Assembly: GCA_965637545.1 (NCBI GenBank)
Contig: OZ281494.1
Location: forward strand, 1,364,001-1,428,000
Reading direction: 5' to 3'
Length of the DNA: 64,000 bases
Origin: Phallusia mammillata
Taxonomy: Eukaryota
Shown here piece by piece: positions 62,201 through 64,000 of the stretch. The notes beneath the pieces are model-generated. The model saw nothing but the letters and a program-made list of their open reading frames with translations. It did no database searches and was not told the DNA's origin. The stretch's first letter is position 1, and the number at the start of each line of letters is the position of its first letter. The position numbers and the translations under genes were made by a program.

Positions 62201-63266
62201 GGTTTTTGTTTGACTGCAGTAATAAAGATGAAAGAAAGAACGTATTAGTCAAAACGGGATAAATAGCAAGATAGTATCACAATAGTATTTTTATTGGGAA
62301 GCTACACGGAAATTGATGAATAAGTTTGTTTTTGGTTGTTGCAGGGGACTTTAGACATCGTAGTGTGCTTGTGGCCTTGGGTAATGTGTTAAGTATATTT
62401 AGGCATCATTGGTATATTTAATTCAAAATTTTCGACATTTTAGTACAAACATTTTGTTGTGGAACGTTAACAGTTACTAATCTGAGTAAAACGCAAACCT
62501 TGGACACTACAGTTTTCTCCAGTGGTTACATTCCACCTCTCCGTGTCTCTGCCATTCGAATATTTGCAGAAGTAAATGTTTTCACCATAAGTTCCAGGAT
62601 TGCTATCAGAGAATAATCTGTTTAACTAGTTTGCATCAATTTGTTTGTATTTAAAATTGTCACCTTTTGTACAAGTCGAAATACCACAGATGTCCAAGAG
62701 ATTTCGTACTACTCCAACCGACTTCAGCGGGATTCTTTGAGTATTTATATCGCCTAGGATCGGTGGTATTGTAAAAAATATAAACTCGCACTAAATCTGA
62801 AAAATGTTACGATTATTTGTTTTTTACTTTATTTTGTTTATTATGTACAATGTGTTGATTTAAAGCTAAGTTTATCCTCAACTATGGTTACAACATGGTC
62901 TGTTGTTGAACTATAAACCAGTTTTACAATACCAAGATTTTGCATTATAAAAACCTGTTGTGTGTTTGTCTGTCATGAGTTGATTGAGAGTTGTGTTGAT
63001 CTGTGGGTCATCAGTCATTGCAAGATTTCCACCCAGCAAAGAACATTCCTCCTGTGCAGTGTTTGCATCCACAAGATCGTCAGATAATATCAACACACTG
63101 TCCTTCACTGCATTAACGGTTTTGTTACAACCTGATTAAGAACATTATTGTTTAAGATTTTTATTTTATAATGTCTCAGATTGCCATACTTACTGGGAGT
63201 TTGCCCCTTCGAGTAACAAACCAACAGCAAACATACAAGTATTTCAAATTTCATTTTCTCAGTCAT
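50240..63266 (-). CDS. Gene G: apparently intact receptor-type tyrosine phosphatase (SP - split CTLD - 4 FN3-like - TM - D1 - D2), ~1312 aa, RPTP-alpha/epsilon-like C-tail
   Basis: Paralog of D with the same 34-exon structure. The JM donor is intact (CAG|GTGCTG at 56591/56590). WPDHG and HC|SAGVGRTG are intact (exon junction 53788/53725). One D2 exon has an in-frame 6-nt deletion. No stop found in the exons I read. Stop at 50242-50240. Confidence 0.87.
50727..51223. mobile_element. G-specific hAT-like insertion with one recognisable TIR
   Basis: About 500 bp absent from D. The right end is GTTTGAGAACCACTG, and the segment is flanked by TATTAAAG/TATTGAAG (TSD-like). The left TIR is not recognisable. 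Confidence 0.6.
54549..55034. mobile_element. hAT-type MITE, duplicate of 21542-22026
   Basis: Same TIRs and GGTTAAAC/AGTTAAAC TSD at the orthologous intron position in G. Confidence 0.8.
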
Positions 63267-64000
63267 CGTAACAATTTGGTTCAGGTTTGGCGATAGACGG
63301 AAGTTCAACATCCAAATGTGATAATCTGCGTTCCCTCTTAGATGTGCACAATTTGTTTAATCCAACCAGGTTAAAATTTACAAGTCATGAAAATCATTAT
63401 ACAACTTTTATGTTACAACCTTTGTTTGTTTCCTGCACACCTACAATACGTTGACGTAAAAGTCGTAATCTTTTATATTTCTTTTGTGCTTATTTCAGTG
63501 CCGAGCCAAACAGAAATATCGAGTTAATTGCCGCTGAGTTTCTTGTGCGCCTTGCTAGTGTAAGGTCTTTCTATTGCGCTCGACAAAATAAATATTTTTC
63601 CGAAACCGTTGGTTCATGTTTCAACCCGCTGCAGTAAATACTTCCCTAACGCCTGCCAGACTTGCGGGTTTCCTGATTAAATCAACTTACGATACGCCCT
63701 TTTGCTGCGCTGTAAAAATAAAACAAAAAACGGATCGGCCAATGCGATACAGGACCCGAAGATTTTAACAAATACACATTCCACTTCTCCGTTCGCCTGT
63801 TTTTCCAAGCCTCGCAAATGTAAATTCATTCCATCGTGTTTTCAGGATTCCTGCCTGATATAATTCGGTTTAATTGATAGTAACAAGTTTATAATTATCT
63901 CCTTTTCACCTTTTGAACAAGTCGAAATACCACAGATGTCCGAGAGATTTTGTACTTTTGGGGAAATTTACTTTAACCGAATTATTTCTGTATTTTCATA

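Larger units (their letters stand above)
49020..64000. repeat. Direct segmental duplicate of ~16480-31000 (offset ~32.5-33.0 kb, exactly 33014 from ~23.7 kb onward)
   Basis: ORF track pairs, e.g. 23735/56749, 27106/60120, 30091/63105, and line-by-line near identity. Confidence 0.95.

Overview
Eukaryotic, AT-rich, small-intron genomic DNA. The compact introns and gene content suggest an invertebrate chordate such as an ascidian (inference only). The window opens with the 3' end of an adhesion GPCR (1-1156). The rest is a tandem/inverted cluster of one receptor family, reconstructed here exon by exon by hand. The architecture is: a 24-aa signal peptide; a C-type-lectin-like domain (CTLD) split by a ~135-142 aa highly variable insert with a three-repeat, beta-trefoil-like pattern; 1-4 cysteine-bracketed FN3-like modules; a TM helix; a juxtamembrane Tyr motif; and, in full-length members, tandem PTP domains D1 (WPDHG, HCSAGVGR) and D2 ending in an RPTP-alpha/epsilon-type FDTYSNFK tail. 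Members: A (+, 5111-7743, intact, no phosphatase); B (+, 10262-16480, intact ectodomain/TM, phosphatase destroyed); D (-, 17690-30252, complete except one dead splice donor); E (-, pseudogene); F (+, 39125-49021, pseudogene); G (-, 50240-63266, apparently intact, ~1312 aa); plus small remnants. B+D and F+G form a ~33-kb repeated unit. Intron 1 of F holds a head-to-head inverted Penelope-like element with candidate minimal hammerhead ribozymes and a 200-N scaffold gap whose flanks overlap. Several hAT-type MITEs and a decayed hAT transposase are also present.
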